Positions 1 through 10,752 are shown, numbered from the stretch's first letter. The stretch: DNA of 64,000 nucleotides from an uncultured Verrucomicrobiae bacterium (GCA_963812605.1 CAWEWF010000001.1:128001-192000); one strand, 5' to 3'. Notes: generated from the sequence alone by a model not told the origin. Made by a program: numbers and translations.

Positions 1-433
1 GTGCCACCGCCTCCAGCGCCCGGCGATTGTTCCGCAACGCCAACTTCTCCAATTGGGGCAAAGCCGTCACGTCCCCGCCGGCCACGGCCTGCTCCATCCA
101 GCTTTCCGAGGCAACCTCGGGCACAGCGGGTGCCGCCTCATTTGTCCCGGGCAGGTAAGGAATACGGCGAGGGGTTGCAACCACGGCCTGTGTCTCGAGA
201 TTGCTTTTGAGGATCGAGGCGGTCTCCTTCAGGCGCTGGACTTCGGCGTTGAGTCGCGCGTTCTCCTGCTGCAATAGGCGAAGCTGTTCGGTTTCCGCGG
301 AGAGATCGGAATTCGTGGCGGGCAAGGCCCCACTGCGCGCGCGCTCCGATCCCTGTATATAAAACAGTCCGATCGCCGCAATGACCGCCGCTCCCGTCCA
401 TAATCCAATCGAAAATGCCGCCGCCGGTTTCAT
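1..433 (-). CDS. Hypothetical membrane-anchored protein (N-terminal TM helix, coiled coil), runs off the window
   Basis: Read by hand from ATG at 433: MKPAAAFSIGLWTGAAVIAAIGLFY...ETEQLRLLQQENARLNAEVQRLKE..., open to position 1 with no stop, so absent from the ORF track. Confidence 0.65.
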   Translation of the reverse strand, partial: MKPAAAFSIGLWTGAAVIAAIGLFYIQGSERARSGALPATNSDLSAETEQLRLLQQENARLNAEVQRLKETASILKSNLETQAVVATPRRIPYLPGTNEAAPAVPEVASESWMEQAVAGGDVTALPQLEKLALRNNRRALEAVA

Positions 434-564
434 ATTCCGCCGCGATCTCCTGCGGGGCCACTATAGCCGCGCCGGGCCCGGCGCGGAAGCGAAATCCCGA
501 AGCGCCAGCGAGGAGCAGTGCGAAGTATGCGCGGCACTCCCTCAATCCGCCATGCCGCGTGAAT

Positions 565-2529
565 CTATTGTGTTACCGGCTTCGTCCCATCGGCAGCCGG
601 TGCCGCAGGCTGATTCGTCGAATTCGTGGAAGGCGCGGGCGCATTGGTCGCGCCATTCGATGCCGGTGGGGCAATTCCCGCCGGCGCTTCTACCATCGGC
701 TTCTTCGCCCAGCGAGCGTAGTCGGCAAAGAGGATTTGTTGGTTTTCCGGCGGGACGACAATATAGGCTTTGAGGGGGAAATCCGACCGAATTTGGCCCT
801 GGATCAGTGCTGCCCAGCCCTTAAACTCACCTTTCATGATTTCGCTCTCTCGCTTGCCATCGAGGAAGTAGGGCGTGAGCATCATGAATTGAACACCTTT
901 GGGCGTGACGAAATCGTTAATCTCGTAAAACTCATCAATGGACATCGGCAACCACACGGCGCGGCGGTCACCATCCCAGGCCATGGACCAGGGAAGGTCG
1001 CTGCAGCCCAGTTCATTGGGCTGGAAGAGGCCGGCAACCCAGCGCGTGATTGGTGGAATGTATGGCGGGTACGGGAATTGGCTGGGCCGGGGCGGCAACA
1101 TCGTGAAGATCATCGGCGAAACATTCAACGCGGCGAACGCGCCGATCGCCAGCGCGCGGGTCAACTTGATGCGAAAAGCAATGCGATCCAACAACAGGTA
1201 GAAAAACGCTACCCCAAAGATTGCAACGAGCGGCAGGAACAGCACGAGCAAATTGCCGCCATTCACATCGGGGCTGGTGCGCTCGGGATCCGAGCCGATC
1301 AGCGACATGGCAACGATGGCGGCCGCAAGCCCTCCCAGCAACACGCCGCGCAATCGCGTCGCATCGGGCCGACGGAAACCGTACATCAGGCCCACGCCAA
1401 AGAAAAATACCAGAAAGTCGGAACCAATAAGCCGCAGGTTGGCGAGTAGATTCTGACGCGCGCTGCCCAAAAACTTTGAGGTCAGGGACCGGAGGGAGTA
1501 GGCGTCAGTAAAGTCCGGCTTATAGGAGCGTTGCAGCGCCTCGCCCTGAATGGCTCCGGAACGCTCGATCAGCTCGTATTTGGCCACGCCGATCAGACTG
1601 CCGGAGACCCGCTCGTTGCGCACCAACCATGGGGTGATGACGGCCAGGAACACCGCCACATATACGCCGGCCCACAGGGCGGCCGTGCGACGGCGAAAAA
1701 TGCTCGCTGCATAGATTGTCAGCGGGACCAGAAAGAAACCTGCCAGGTACCGTGTCAGAAAGCACAACCCCAACAACACCGCGCTGCCAATAACCAAGGC
1801 CATTACCGCACCCGGCACTCCCGCCGGCGCAACGCGGGGCGCCGCGTCCCCCGCCGGTTCGGGTGGATTCAGGCGGCCGTCGGCCAGGAACAAACAGTAC
1901 ACTGACAGCAGCAGTAGCAACAACAGCAGGTTCGTTGGCAATCCCGATACACCGTACGACCACAGCGTATCGGAGAAGAGCATCAACCACCCCACCATGG
2001 CCGCGACACGACCGTCAAAGAGTTGCTTGGCCCAGAGGTACGTGATCAGGATGCTTGCCAACAGACAAAGCTGGCTGAAGGGCAGAATGATCCAACGTTC
2101 GGCGGGAAAGATGTGGTCAACTTCATTGTACTTGAACATGCTCTTGGGCAGTATCTTGAACAATTCCGCCAGTACGAACGGATAGAGCGGCGGATTGGAA
2201 ATGTCGGGAAGCTGGTTGATCAGCCGATCGCGTGTGTCTTTGTCTTGAATGTCCCAACCGTGCTGTTCCAGTTGCCAAAGGCTCAGGGGGCGGATCACAT
2301 GTGTCGTAAAGCCTTCGCCGCGGGCAAGGTTGCGCGCCAACTGTGCCATGTCGATCGCTTCGCGCTTGCTGAGGCCGCTGCGGAACTGGCTGGCGGAATA
2401 GATGAGGCACAGGGTGGCCGCCAGCAGGACCAATAACACCCACTGGATGACCTTCTTGCCACGCCCCATCTCAATTTGAAAAACCGCCGACTGAACCGAT
2501 GTTTCGGGTGCCCCTGTTGGTCGCGCCAT
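565..2529 (-). CDS. Multi-TM glycosyltransferase, GT-C / PMT(ArnT)-like
   Basis: 654 aa with many TM segments; DMAQLARNLARGEGF and NPPLYPFVLA motifs typical of GT39/GT83-like enzymes. Confidence 0.65.
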   Translation of the reverse strand: MARPTGAPETSVQSAVFQIEMGRGKKVIQWVLLVLLAATLCLIYSASQFRSGLSKREAIDMAQLARNLARGEGFTTHVIRPLSLWQLEQHGWDIQDKDTRDRLINQLPDISNPPLYPFVLAELFKILPKSMFKYNEVDHIFPAERWIILPFSQLCLLASILITYLWAKQLFDGRVAAMVGWLMLFSDTLWSYGVSGLPTNLLLLLLLLSVYCLFLADGRLNPPEPAGDAAPRVAPAGVPGAVMALVIGSAVLLGLCFLTRYLAGFFLVPLTIYAASIFRRRTAALWAGVYVAVFLAVITPWLVRNERVSGSLIGVAKYELIERSGAIQGEALQRSYKPDFTDAYSLRSLTSKFLGSARQNLLANLRLIGSDFLVFFFGVGLMYGFRRPDATRLRGVLLGGLAAAIVAMSLIGSDPERTSPDVNGGNLLVLFLPLVAIFGVAFFYLLLDRIAFRIKLTRALAIGAFAALNVSPMIFTMLPPRPSQFPYPPYIPPITRWVAGLFQPNELGCSDLPWSMAWDGDRRAVWLPMSIDEFYEINDFVTPKGVQFMMLTPYFLDGKRESEIMKGEFKGWAALIQGQIRSDFPLKAYIVVPPENQQILFADYARWAKKPMVEAPAGIAPPASNGATNAPAPSTNSTNQPAAPAADGTKPVTQ

Positions 2530-2560
2530 GTGTATGCTCCTGTTGTCTTTTCGCTCTTCC

Positions 2561-3922
2561 CTAAAGGTTCTCGATGCCGTATTCCTTCAACTTCCGATGC
2601 AGCGTGCGCCGGCTGATGCCGATTCGTTGCGCCGCTTTCGTGCGATTGCCGTTCGTCTCTTTCAATGCCTGGACGATCAACTGCCGTTCCGCGTCCCCGA
2701 CCGTCATGCCCGCGCGCACGACATTGATCTTCGTCAGGTCCGCGCCGCCGCGGATCGCCGCCGGTACGTCGCGGACCGTCAGGCGCTCGGTGCGGGCCAA
2801 GACAACCATCTGCTCGATGGCGTTGCGCAACTCCCGCACATTGCCGGGCCAATCGTATGCCAGCAGCATGTTAAGTGCCTCCGGCGTCAGCTCGCGCACC
2901 TGCTTGCCGTTTTCACGGCTAAATTCATCCAGGAACGACTTTATCAACAAGGGGATATCTTCCCGTCGGTCGCGCAACAGCGGCAGGTCCACCGCCACGA
3001 CGCTCAACCGATAGAACAAATCATCGCGGAACTTGCCCTCGGTGACCAGCTTTTTCAAATCCTTGTTGGTGGCCGCCACGAGGCGCACATCCACCTGCAA
3101 CGTTTTGGCGCCGCCCACCCGCTCGAAAGCCCGTTCCTCGAGCACGCGCAGCAATTTAACCTGGATGGGCGGTTCGAGCTCCCCAACCTCGTCGAGGAAC
3201 AGAGTTCCCCCATCCGCCAGCTCAAATCGTCCAACCCGTCGTTCCACTGCCCCCGTGAACGCCCCCCTCTCGTGCCCGAATAACTCGCTCTCCAGCAGCG
3301 AAGTCGGCAGCGCCGCCGCATGGACGGCGATGAACGGCCCGTTTTTGCGGGGACTGAGATTGTGAATGGCCTTCGCGATCAACTCCTTGCCCGTGCCTGT
3401 CGCGCCGCTGATCAATACCGTGGCGCGGCTGGGCGCGACCTGTTGAATGGTCTCGAAGACCTGGCGCATCGACGCCGATTCGCCGATGATGTTCTCCATG
3501 CCGTATTTCCGGTCAATTTGCTCGCGCAGATTGACGTTCTCGGCGGCGACGCGGCGGCTGTCGAGCGTCCGCTGGATGACCAGTTCGAGTTCATCGAGGT
3601 TCACCGGTTTCGTGACGTAATGATACGCGCCCGCCTGCATCGCCTGCACGGCGCTTTCGATCGATCCATAGGCGGTCATCATGATGCACACCGGCGGATT
3701 GCTCAGCGACAAGGCCCGGCGCAACAAGCCCATGCCGTCCCCGCCAGGCATGCGCAGGTCCGTCAGCAACACGTCCACGGGCGTGGATTCCAGCGTCTTC
3801 ATGGCTTTCTGCGAGTCTTCTGCCAGCAATACGTCGTAACGATCCTGCAGGGCGCGTTGCAGACCCTCGCGGGTATTGCGCTCGTCGTCGACGATCAGGA
3901 TCGTTGACCGTTTCGCCGTCAT
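2561..3922 (-). CDS. Sigma54-dependent response regulator (NtrC/AtoC family)
   Basis: REC domain (IVDDE, DLRMPG), Walker [24 protein letters not shown]-terminal Fis HTH. Confidence 0.95.
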   Translation of the reverse strand: MTAKRSTILIVDDERNTREGLQRALQDRYDVLLAEDSQKAMKTLESTPVDVLLTDLRMPGGDGMGLLRRALSLSNPPVCIMMTAYGSIESAVQAMQAGAYHYVTKPVNLDELELVIQRTLDSRRVAAENVNLREQIDRKYGMENIIGESASMRQVFETIQQVAPSRATVLISGATGTGKELIAKAIHNLSPRKNGPFIAVHAAALPTSLLESELFGHERGAFTGAVERRVGRFELADGGTLFLDEVGELEPPIQVKLLRVLEERAFERVGGAKTLQVDVRLVAATNKDLKKLVTEGKFRDDLFYRLSVVAVDLPLLRDRREDIPLLIKSFLDEFSRENGKQVRELTPEALNMLLAYDWPGNVRELRNAIEQMVVLARTERLTVRDVPAAIRGGADLTKINVVRAGMTVGDAERQLIVQALKETNGNRTKAAQRIGISRRTLHRKLKEYGIENL

Positions 3923-5103
3923 TTTGCGGCGGCCTCATGCCGCGATGCTTCCAACAAACGCGTGCGCTTTTCGTGGATGGGCAGCTTGATCCGAAACGTC
4001 GTGCCCCGGTCCTTGTCGCTCTCCACCTCGATTGTGCCGCCATGCTCGCGCACGATCCGCTGCACGATCATCAGCCCGAGCCCCGTCCCCTTCTCCTTCG
4101 TGGTGAAGTACGGCTCGAAAAGCTGGCCAATGTCCTCCGGGGCGATGCCGTGTCCGCTGTCGATGAACGAGATGATTACGTGTGTCGGATTCGTTTCCGT
4201 GCGGATACGCAGGATTCCCCCGGAGCGCATTGCCTGCAGCCCATTTCGGATGACATTGTAGAACGCCTGCTTGAGTTGGGCCCGGTCCAGCAGGAGGCGC
4301 GGCAATCCCGGCGTCAACTCCTGCTCGACAAGGATGTCGCGGTCGCCAATCTCGCGCTCCAGCAACGTCAGCGTGTCAGCAATCACCTCATTGACCGAGG
4401 CTGGCTGCAGTTGTGGTTGCGTTGGCCGAATCGCCTGGAGGAATTGGTTGATGATCTGGTCGAGGCGGGCAATCTCGTTGCGGGCTACGCGCAGATTCTC
4501 CCGCAGCCGTTCGCCCTCCGCCGTGGGCAGTTTCTTCAACTCGCGCTCCATGAGTTGCAGATGAATGTTGAGCGAGTTCAGCGGATTGCCGATTTCGTGC
4601 GCCACCCCCGCGGCCAGCAAAGTGATCGCCGAAAGTTTCTCCGACTCGATGGCGCTCGCGGTGCGGTGATGGGACTCCGTCACATCGCGCAAGATGATCG
4701 CCATGCCCGTGACCACCGAATTCTGCTCGTCGGCAACGGGCACGATATAAAAACTCAGGAAACGTTGCTGCGGATAGAAGACTTCCAATTCCTGGCTGAA
4801 CACTTTTCGCCACTCGTCCTTGTCCGCGGACCAGATTTTCTGCCAGTCAATATCACGAAGATAATTCGCGAGCGGTTCGCCCACAGCCCGCTCGGCGTCG
4901 ATGCCGAGCAGTTGGCCCCCGGCGGCATTGACATACGTGATGCGACCCTCGGCGTCGGTGACGATGACCCCTTCCTGGATCGTATTGAAAAGCGTTTCCA
5001 GAAAACCCTTCTCGCGGGCCAGTTTCAGCACGACGCTCTGCAAGCTCTGCGGGTCAACCCGCTCAATGCGACCGATCAACTTATCGAGAAAGGATGTCTT
5101 CAC
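3919..5103 (-). CDS. PAS-domain sensor histidine kinase
   Basis: PAS domain, H-box AHEIGNPL, N/G boxes (NVIRNG, DSGHG, GTGLGL); overlaps the regulator by 4 bp. GTG 5103 is my preferred start; the ORF is open to 5214. Confidence 0.92.
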   Translation of the reverse strand: MKTSFLDKLIGRIERVDPQSLQSVVLKLAREKGFLETLFNTIQEGVIVTDAEGRITYVNAAGGQLLGIDAERAVGEPLANYLRDIDWQKIWSADKDEWRKVFSQELEVFYPQQRFLSFYIVPVADEQNSVVTGMAIILRDVTESHHRTASAIESEKLSAITLLAAGVAHEIGNPLNSLNIHLQLMERELKKLPTAEGERLRENLRVARNEIARLDQIINQFLQAIRPTQPQLQPASVNEVIADTLTLLEREIGDRDILVEQELTPGLPRLLLDRAQLKQAFYNVIRNGLQAMRSGGILRIRTETNPTHVIISFIDSGHGIAPEDIGQLFEPYFTTKEKGTGLGLMIVQRIVREHGGTIEVESDKDRGTTFRIKLPIHEKRTRLLEASRHEAAAK

Positions 5104-5236
5104 GGATGTTTGGAATGAGTGCGATTGTGCAACTACGTCACGGTTTGGAATGCTTTCGCCTTTGACAGGCCCGGTTGCGTGTGCCAACATGACGCTAAAT
5201 CTAAACATTTTCAAGCGTAAATCTTGGGAACTCTAA

Positions 5237-6454
5237 ATGAATATTGATGCGGTCTATAAGAGCTTGCTCGTTCCGAATGATTCCAAACTCGCACTGGTTG
5301 TCCTGGACGGGCTTGGCGATATTGCCACGGAATCCACGGGTTTTCGGACACCTCTCGAAGCCGCCCGCACCCCGAACCTCGATGCCCTGGCCAAACGCTC
5401 GGCGCTGGGCCGCATGATCCCCGTCGCCCCGGGTATTACACCCGGCAGCGGCCCCGGACATCTCGGGTTGTTCGGTTACGATCCGCTGGAATTCGAAGTC
5501 GGCCGCGGCGTTATCGAAGCCCTCGGGTTGGGCATCGATCTCAAGCATGGCGACGTTGCCGCGCGCGCGAATTTCTGTTCGCTCGACGCCAAAGGCATCG
5601 TGACCGACCGCCGCGCGGGGCGCATTGACACCAGGGTTTGCGAAGCGCAGTGCGCGTTGCTCGCCGGCAAGATCAAGAAGATCGGCGATGTCGAGGTGAT
5701 CATCAAACCCGGCAAAGGCCACCGCTTTGTCGTCGTGTTCCGGGGCAAGGGACTCGAAGGCCCGTTGAACGACAGCGATCCGCATCGTGAAGGGTTGCCC
5801 ATTGCCGTCGTCAAGCCGCAGAACAAATCCGCCGGGGCCGTGAAGACGGCGAAGGTCATCGCGGCCTTCTACAAACAGGCGCTGCCATTGCTGAAGGACT
5901 GCAAGCCGGCCAATGGCTTTCTGCTTCGCGGCATCGCGCATCAACCGAAGATTCCGCTCTTCGCAGACCGTTACGGGCTCAAGGCCGCGGCGATCGCCAT
6001 CTACCCGATGTACAAAGGTCTCGCCCAACTCGTTGGCATGAAGAAAGTCGAGGGCCCATCGACCGTGCTGCAGGAATTCGAGGCCGCCGTCGATGCCCTC
6101 AAGGCCTACGATTTCGCTTTCATCCACGTAAAGGGGACGGACATGTATGGTGAGGACGGCAATTTCGACGGGAAGGTCAAGGCCATCGAGGAAGCCGATG
6201 CCGCGCTCAGCGTACTGCTGCCGGAAGTGGATGTGTTGGCCATCACCGGTGACCACAGCACCCCCGTGCCGGTGAAGGGACACAGTTGGCACCCGCAACC
6301 CGTGATGATCTGCGGTGAACTCGCCGGCTGGGATGGCCAGGACCGTTTCACCGAACGCACCGCCAACGCCGGCTCCCTCGGCGTCTTCGAAGCGAAGTAC
6401 CTCATCCGCTACCTGCAAGCCAACGCGAAGCGGTTGGATAAATTCGGGGCGTAG
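5237..6454 (+). CDS. apgM: 2,3-bisphosphoglycerate-independent phosphoglycerate mutase (ApgM type)
   Basis: VVLDGLGD, TPNLD, PGSGPGHLGLFGYDP, GRGVIEALG, GDHSTP motifs. Confidence 0.9.
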   Translation: MNIDAVYKSLLVPNDSKLALVVLDGLGDIATESTGFRTPLEAARTPNLDALAKRSALGRMIPVAPGITPGSGPGHLGLFGYDPLEFEVGRGVIEALGLGIDLKHGDVAARANFCSLDAKGIVTDRRAGRIDTRVCEAQCALLAGKIKKIGDVEVIIKPGKGHRFVVVFRGKGLEGPLNDSDPHREGLPIAVVKPQNKSAGAVKTAKVIAAFYKQALPLLKDCKPANGFLLRGIAHQPKIPLFADRYGLKAAAIAIYPMYKGLAQLVGMKKVEGPSTVLQEFEAAVDALKAYDFAFIHVKGTDMYGEDGNFDGKVKAIEEADAALSVLLPEVDVLAITGDHSTPVPVKGHSWHPQPVMICGELAGWDGQDRFTERTANAGSLGVFEAKYLIRYLQANAKRLDKFGA

Positions 6455-6469
6455 AATGATCTGCTTACC

Positions 6470-7141
6470 CTACTCCATCTGCGACTCTACAAATTTTTCA
6501 AGAACGTCGATTCTTTCTTCATCCTCTACGACGATGAGAAGCTTTCGTTTTGGCAGGAGTTCCCATGGAGGCGACGTAAACACATTTCGTATTTCTTCCT
6601 CTTGGTTGGTGCTATTCTCATCAACCAGTTCCGGCCGTATTTTATAAACCCTCGCGACGTAACGGGGACATCGCAATTCAATTCCATCCTGCGTTACGTG
6701 CATTTTCAGGTTGAAAAGTGCGGCTACATACCGGACACAATCTATCAGAGGCACATTACGCAGAGAAAGTGTGGCGGTCCGGTCAGTTTGTGAACCACAC
6801 TGTTGAACACGACCGTACTGTTCTTCCATGTGTTCTCGAACCTCGGCATCGACGTTTGTTGGGATTGCTAATGCTGGTGTGCTAGCGTCAACAAAGAACT
6901 GGATCCCTTTTTCGTCTGGCGAGAGTTTCGTTGTTTTGATTGAAAGAAAACCTAGGATTTCACTGAGAGTTGCATTCGTGTAATTGACCTCCGGAAGCGT
7001 GATCGCTTGCGCCCGCTGCCAAATTCCATTGATTGCGCGTTGTGTTTGGTTTGAGTCATCAGCTGAGGCTTCCGTTAGCCCACTAACTGATACGACTACC
7101 ATTGCGATACATATCCTGTTTCGCAGGACTTGAAACTTCAT
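6470..7141 (-). CDS. Hypothetical exported protein with STN/secretin-N-like domain
   Basis: Signal peptide; LPEVNYTNATLSEILGFL...TLSLRNVPLIDCVRYVA pattern; visibly lower GC than its neighbours. Confidence 0.55.
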   Translation of the reverse strand: MKFQVLRNRICIAMVVVSVSGLTEASADDSNQTQRAINGIWQRAQAITLPEVNYTNATLSEILGFLSIKTTKLSPDEKGIQFFVDASTPALAIPTNVDAEVREHMEEQYGRVQQCGSQTDRTATLSLRNVPLIDCVRYVAALFNLKMHVTQDGIELRCPRYVARVYKIRPELVDENSTNQEEEIRNVFTSPPWELLPKRKLLIVVEDEERIDVLEKFVESQME

Positions 7142-7144
7142 GGA

Positions 7145-7774
7145 TTACTCTCCGCTGAACTGCCGGTCGCCGGCGTCGCCCATGCCGGGGACGATGTAAC
7201 CGCGGTTGTTCAGGTGGGAATCGATCGTGCCAAGATAGATTTCGACGTCGCGGTGCGCTTCGGAAAGTTTGTGGATGCCTTCGGGCGCGGCGAACAGGCC
7301 GAGGTACTTGATCTTCTTGGCGCCCCACTTTTTCAGTCGCGCGACGGCGACGCAGGCCGACCCGCCCGTGGCCAACATGGGGTCGAGCACGAACACGATG
7401 TCGACCGGTTTGTCTTCAGAGAAGCGGCTGTAGTACTCGACCGGCTCCAGCGTTTTCTCGTCGCGGAACAGGCCGAGGTGGTACACGCGCGCTTCCGGCA
7501 GAAACTCCAGGATCCCATCCACCATCCCGAGCCCCGCGCGCAAAATGGGCACGAGCCCGACGCTCGCGCCGACGTGCGCGCCGGTCGTCTCCGCCAGGGG
7601 CGTCGCCACCTGCATGGTTTCCTGCGGCAAATCGCGCGTCGCTTCGTAGAAGAGAAGCACCGACAACGCGCGGATACGACTGCGAATGACAGCGCGGTCG
7701 GAATCCTTGTCGCGGATATCGGTCAGGAAACTTTGGGCCAGGGGGTGATTCAGGACATGGGCTGTCTCGCGCAT
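7145..7774 (-). CDS. upp: Uracil phosphoribosyltransferase
   Basis: VPILRAGLGM, LDPMLATGGS, YIVPGMGDAGDR motifs. Confidence 0.97.
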   Translation of the reverse strand: MRETAHVLNHPLAQSFLTDIRDKDSDRAVIRSRIRALSVLLFYEATRDLPQETMQVATPLAETTGAHVGASVGLVPILRAGLGMVDGILEFLPEARVYHLGLFRDEKTLEPVEYYSRFSEDKPVDIVFVLDPMLATGGSACVAVARLKKWGAKKIKYLGLFAAPEGIHKLSEAHRDVEIYLGTIDSHLNNRGYIVPGMGDAGDRQFSGE

Positions 7775-7808
7775 CGCGACCACCAGTGTAAAGGGCCGAG
7801 CGAATTTT

Positions 7809-9020
7809 TCAAGCGGAGAAACGAATCGCCCGGACCGGATGCCCTCGCGGAATGGTCGTCTCCTCGGGGACCTCCACGAGACAATCCGCGTTCGCCAGCG
7901 ACGAGATCACATGCGAACCCTGGCGCGGCATCGGTTTCGCCAACCACTTCTCGCCGTCCCGCCCCAGCGTCGCCCGCATATAGTGCGCGCGGTCGCCGCC
8001 ATTCACGAAATCCTCCGCGGCCTCCGCGGTCACCGTCGGCAGGTCGATCTCCGCCAGCCCCCGCATCTTGAGCAACGCCGGGCGCACCAGGATGAGAAAT
8101 GTCACCGTGGCGCTGACGGGATTGCCCGGCAACCCGAATACCAGCTTGTCACCGCGCGTGCCGAACACGAACGGTTTGCCGGGGCGCATCGCGATCCTCC
8201 AAAACTTCTGTTCGCACCCCAATTCCGCCAGCACGTCCTTCACGAAGTCATATTCGCCGACGGAAACGCCGCCGACGGTAATCACCGCGTCACATTCACT
8301 CAGGCCATAATCGATCTTCTCGTGCAAATCCTCGCGCGTGTCGTCCGCGATGCCGAGCTCGACCGGTTCGCACCCGGCCTGCTTGACCAGGGCGCAAAGC
8401 GCATAACTATTCGCGTCATAAATCTGGCCGGCGCGCAATGATCGCCCCGGCTCGACGATTTCCGCCCCGGTTACCAGCACGCCCACGCGCGGTCGCGGGC
8501 AGATGGCAAGTTGTGCAAGGCCAACCGCTGCCGCCATCCCCAGTTGCGCGGCGCCAATCACCCCGCCGGCGCGCAGCACGATCTCGTCTTTCGTCACGTC
8601 ATCACCGGCGCGACGGATATTCTCGCCCAGCTCCACCGATTCTTCGACCGCGATGTATCCCTCATGGTGCGGTCGCGTATCCTCCTGCATCACCACCGCG
8701 TCCGCGCCCTCGGGAATCGGCGCGCCCGTGAAAATGCGCGCGCACGCCTGCGGCTCCAATCGTTCGCCCGCCGCCGCGCCCGCGGGCACCGTGGCGGTTA
8801 CGCGCAAATGAATCGGGCTGTCCTCATTCGCATCCGCCACGTCGGAAGAATGCACCGCATAACCGTCCACCGCGCTGTTGTCCCACAAGGGAAGGTTGAT
8901 GGGCGATACAACGTCCAGCGCCAGCACGCAATCCAAAGCCTCCATCAGGGGCACGGCCTGCGCCGGGCGCGTCCGTACTGCCGATAAAATGATTTCCCGC
9001 GCCGCGGCGACCGCGAGCAT
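7809..9020 (-). CDS. moeA: Molybdopterin molybdotransferase MoeA/Glp
   Basis: DNSAVDGYA, RIFTGAPIPEGADAVVMQE, GGVSVGEYD, GLPGNPVS; start taken at MLAVAAARE. Confidence 0.95.
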   Translation of the reverse strand: MLAVAAAREIILSAVRTRPAQAVPLMEALDCVLALDVVSPINLPLWDNSAVDGYAVHSSDVADANEDSPIHLRVTATVPAGAAAGERLEPQACARIFTGAPIPEGADAVVMQEDTRPHHEGYIAVEESVELGENIRRAGDDVTKDEIVLRAGGVIGAAQLGMAAAVGLAQLAICPRPRVGVLVTGAEIVEPGRSLRAGQIYDANSYALCALVKQAGCEPVELGIADDTREDLHEKIDYGLSECDAVITVGGVSVGEYDFVKDVLAELGCEQKFWRIAMRPGKPFVFGTRGDKLVFGLPGNPVSATVTFLILVRPALLKMRGLAEIDLPTVTAEAAEDFVNGGDRAHYMRATLGRDGEKWLAKPMPRQGSHVISSLANADCLVEVPEETTIPRGHPVRAIRFSA

Positions 9021-9030
9021 TTCGTTGCCG

Positions 9031-9411
9031 CTAGTGGACTTCGTCGCCAACGTGCACCTCTCCCTCCATAATGTCCGCCGTCGCGAACTGCGCCCGCACC
9101 GGTTCCGTAATCCGCACAGCGCCAACCCGCTTGCCATTGCGGTAGATGTTCATGCGCGTTCCCACCGCCGGCATCATCCGCGACGTGAAATCGATCACCA
9201 CAAAATCGTGCTCCGTGTTCAGTGAAACGATCCTGGCGGCGGGAGGCCCCAGTTGCGCGGCAGACGGCCCGGCGTCCAGGTTGTCGGGTCTGGACATCGT
9301 GAGTCCCTGGCAACCCGCGAAAAGCACCGCCGCCGCGAAGCCCGCTAGGGCAACGCGCCTTACTACGGGAGACGGAAACGATCGACTCATCATGATGTTC
9401 ATGGCATCCAC
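9031..9411 (-). CDS. Hypothetical lipoprotein
   Basis: Signal peptide with lipobox LFAGC followed by a small beta-rich domain. Confidence 0.6.
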   Translation of the reverse strand: MDAMNIMMSRSFPSPVVRRVALAGFAAAVLFAGCQGLTMSRPDNLDAGPSAAQLGPPAARIVSLNTEHDFVVIDFTSRMMPAVGTRMNIYRNGKRVGAVRITEPVRAQFATADIMEGEVHVGDEVH

Positions 9412-9420
9412 CCGAGAAAT

Positions 9421-9497
<77 letters not shown>

Positions 9498-9546
9498 AAG
9501 CCTTTATTTTACTGGTAAAAATTACTATTCCACTAGCTGTATTTTT

Positions 9547-9570
9547 GTGTTGCAATGCTTTGTTGCAATG
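9547..9570 (+). repeat. Candidate integrase arm-type site pair, island 1 left end
   Basis: GTGTTGCAATGCTTTGTTGCAATG (TGTTGCAATG twice, 13-bp period); 23/24 identical copy at 36823-36846. Confidence 0.75.
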
Positions 9571-9588
9571 GATAGGATGTTTTTCGTC

Positions 9589-10752
9589 ATGAAAGCCACC
9601 CCAACGACACGCAAGCATCAAAAACTCGTTCATGTTGGCGACTGCCTTTATCGTTCAAGCCGCACCGACGTTTACTATGCGATTTTCCAGCGCGATGGCA
9701 AGCAAGTCAAGCGCAGCCTCAAGACGACCGACCCCGAACTTGCAAAGCGTCGGCGGGAAGTACATCGCCAGAAGGTTGAGCGGCTGAACAGCGACAGCGC
9801 CAAAAACCTGCCGTTTGCCGAATACGACGCTAAGACCAGGGAATTGATCGGTGGGCTTGCAAAGCGATGGATTGAGATTGCCGGCGGCACGATGGAAGCA
9901 AGCAGCCGCGACCGAATGCTTGGCGTGATTAGAAACCTCAACCAACACTTCAGCGGATTGACCGTCCGCAACGTCAACTTGCGCACGTTGGAGCAGTGGG
10001 CAACGGCCCGCCGGGATACCTGCTCCGCCCGCACGTTCAACTACGAACTCGAAACCCTGCGGCGCATCTTGGACTACGGCGCGGAACATGGCATTCTCAT
10101 GGAGAATCCCGCCCGCAAGATCAAACGATGCAAACCTCATAAGAAGCCGATCACCATCCCAACGAAAGAACAATTCCGCAAGATGCTGGATGCCATGCGC
10201 GATAATGGCGGGAAAGCTTCGGCGGACCTGGCCGAAATGCTGGCATACTCCGGGTGCCGCAAGGGGGAGATCGTCGGCGATGCCAAATACTCCAAACCGC
10301 CGATGTTCTGGCGCGATGCGGACTTCGAATTGAAAGTGTTCACTATTACGCGGTCAAAGAACCACGAGCCGCGCACCGTGCCGCTTTTCCCAGCGATGGA
10401 GAATTTCTTGCGGGGGCTACAGGCACGCCGGCCGGCGCCGCCGAAACCAGACGAGCGCATTATCCCGATAGATTCCGCCAAGAAAGCCATCGAGAGCGCC
10501 TGCAAGAAGCTGGGGCTGCCGCAATACGGGCACCACACCTGCCGACACTTCTTTTGTTCCAATGCCATTGAGGCGGGGATTGACTTCAAAGTCATCGCGA
10601 GTTGGTTGGGCCACAAAGACGGTGGCGTCCTGGTCGCCCGCACGTATGGCCATCTGCGCAACGAACACAGCGCAGCGATGGCCAAGCGCATGAACTGGGG
10701 CGCATCCAAAGCCGAACCCGCCAACGTCGTGCCGATGGTGGCGAAGGCGTAA
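9589..10752 (+). CDS. Tyrosine recombinase/integrase
   Basis: Catalytic set visible: SGCRKGEI (R), HTCRH (HxxR), WLGH, TYGH (Y); adjacent to the tRNA att. Confidence 0.95.
   Translation: MKATPTTRKHQKLVHVGDCLYRSSRTDVYYAIFQRDGKQVKRSLKTTDPELAKRRREVHRQKVERLNSDSAKNLPFAEYDAKTRELIGGLAKRWIEIAGGTMEASSRDRMLGVIRNLNQHFSGLTVRNVNLRTLEQWATARRDTCSARTFNYELETLRRILDYGAEHGILMENPARKIKRCKPHKKPITIPTKEQFRKMLDAMRDNGGKASADLAEMLAYSGCRKGEIVGDAKYSKPPMFWRDADFELKVFTITRSKNHEPRTVPLFPAMENFLRGLQARRPAPPKPDERIIPIDSAKKAIESACKKLGLPQYGHHTCRHFFCSNAIEAGIDFKVIASWLGHKDGGVLVARTYGHLRNEHSAAMAKRMNWGASKAEPANVVPMVAKA

Noticed and set aside
415-8071. Long antisense ORFs (415-1449, 3904-5118, 5201-6418, 7130-8071)
   Set aside because: Shadow frames of well-supported genes in GC-rich DNA, with no motifs.
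7809-9020. Functional linkage of moeA to island-borne MsrP
   Set aside because: moeA lies outside the att boundary in core sequence, so the proximity is probably coincidental.
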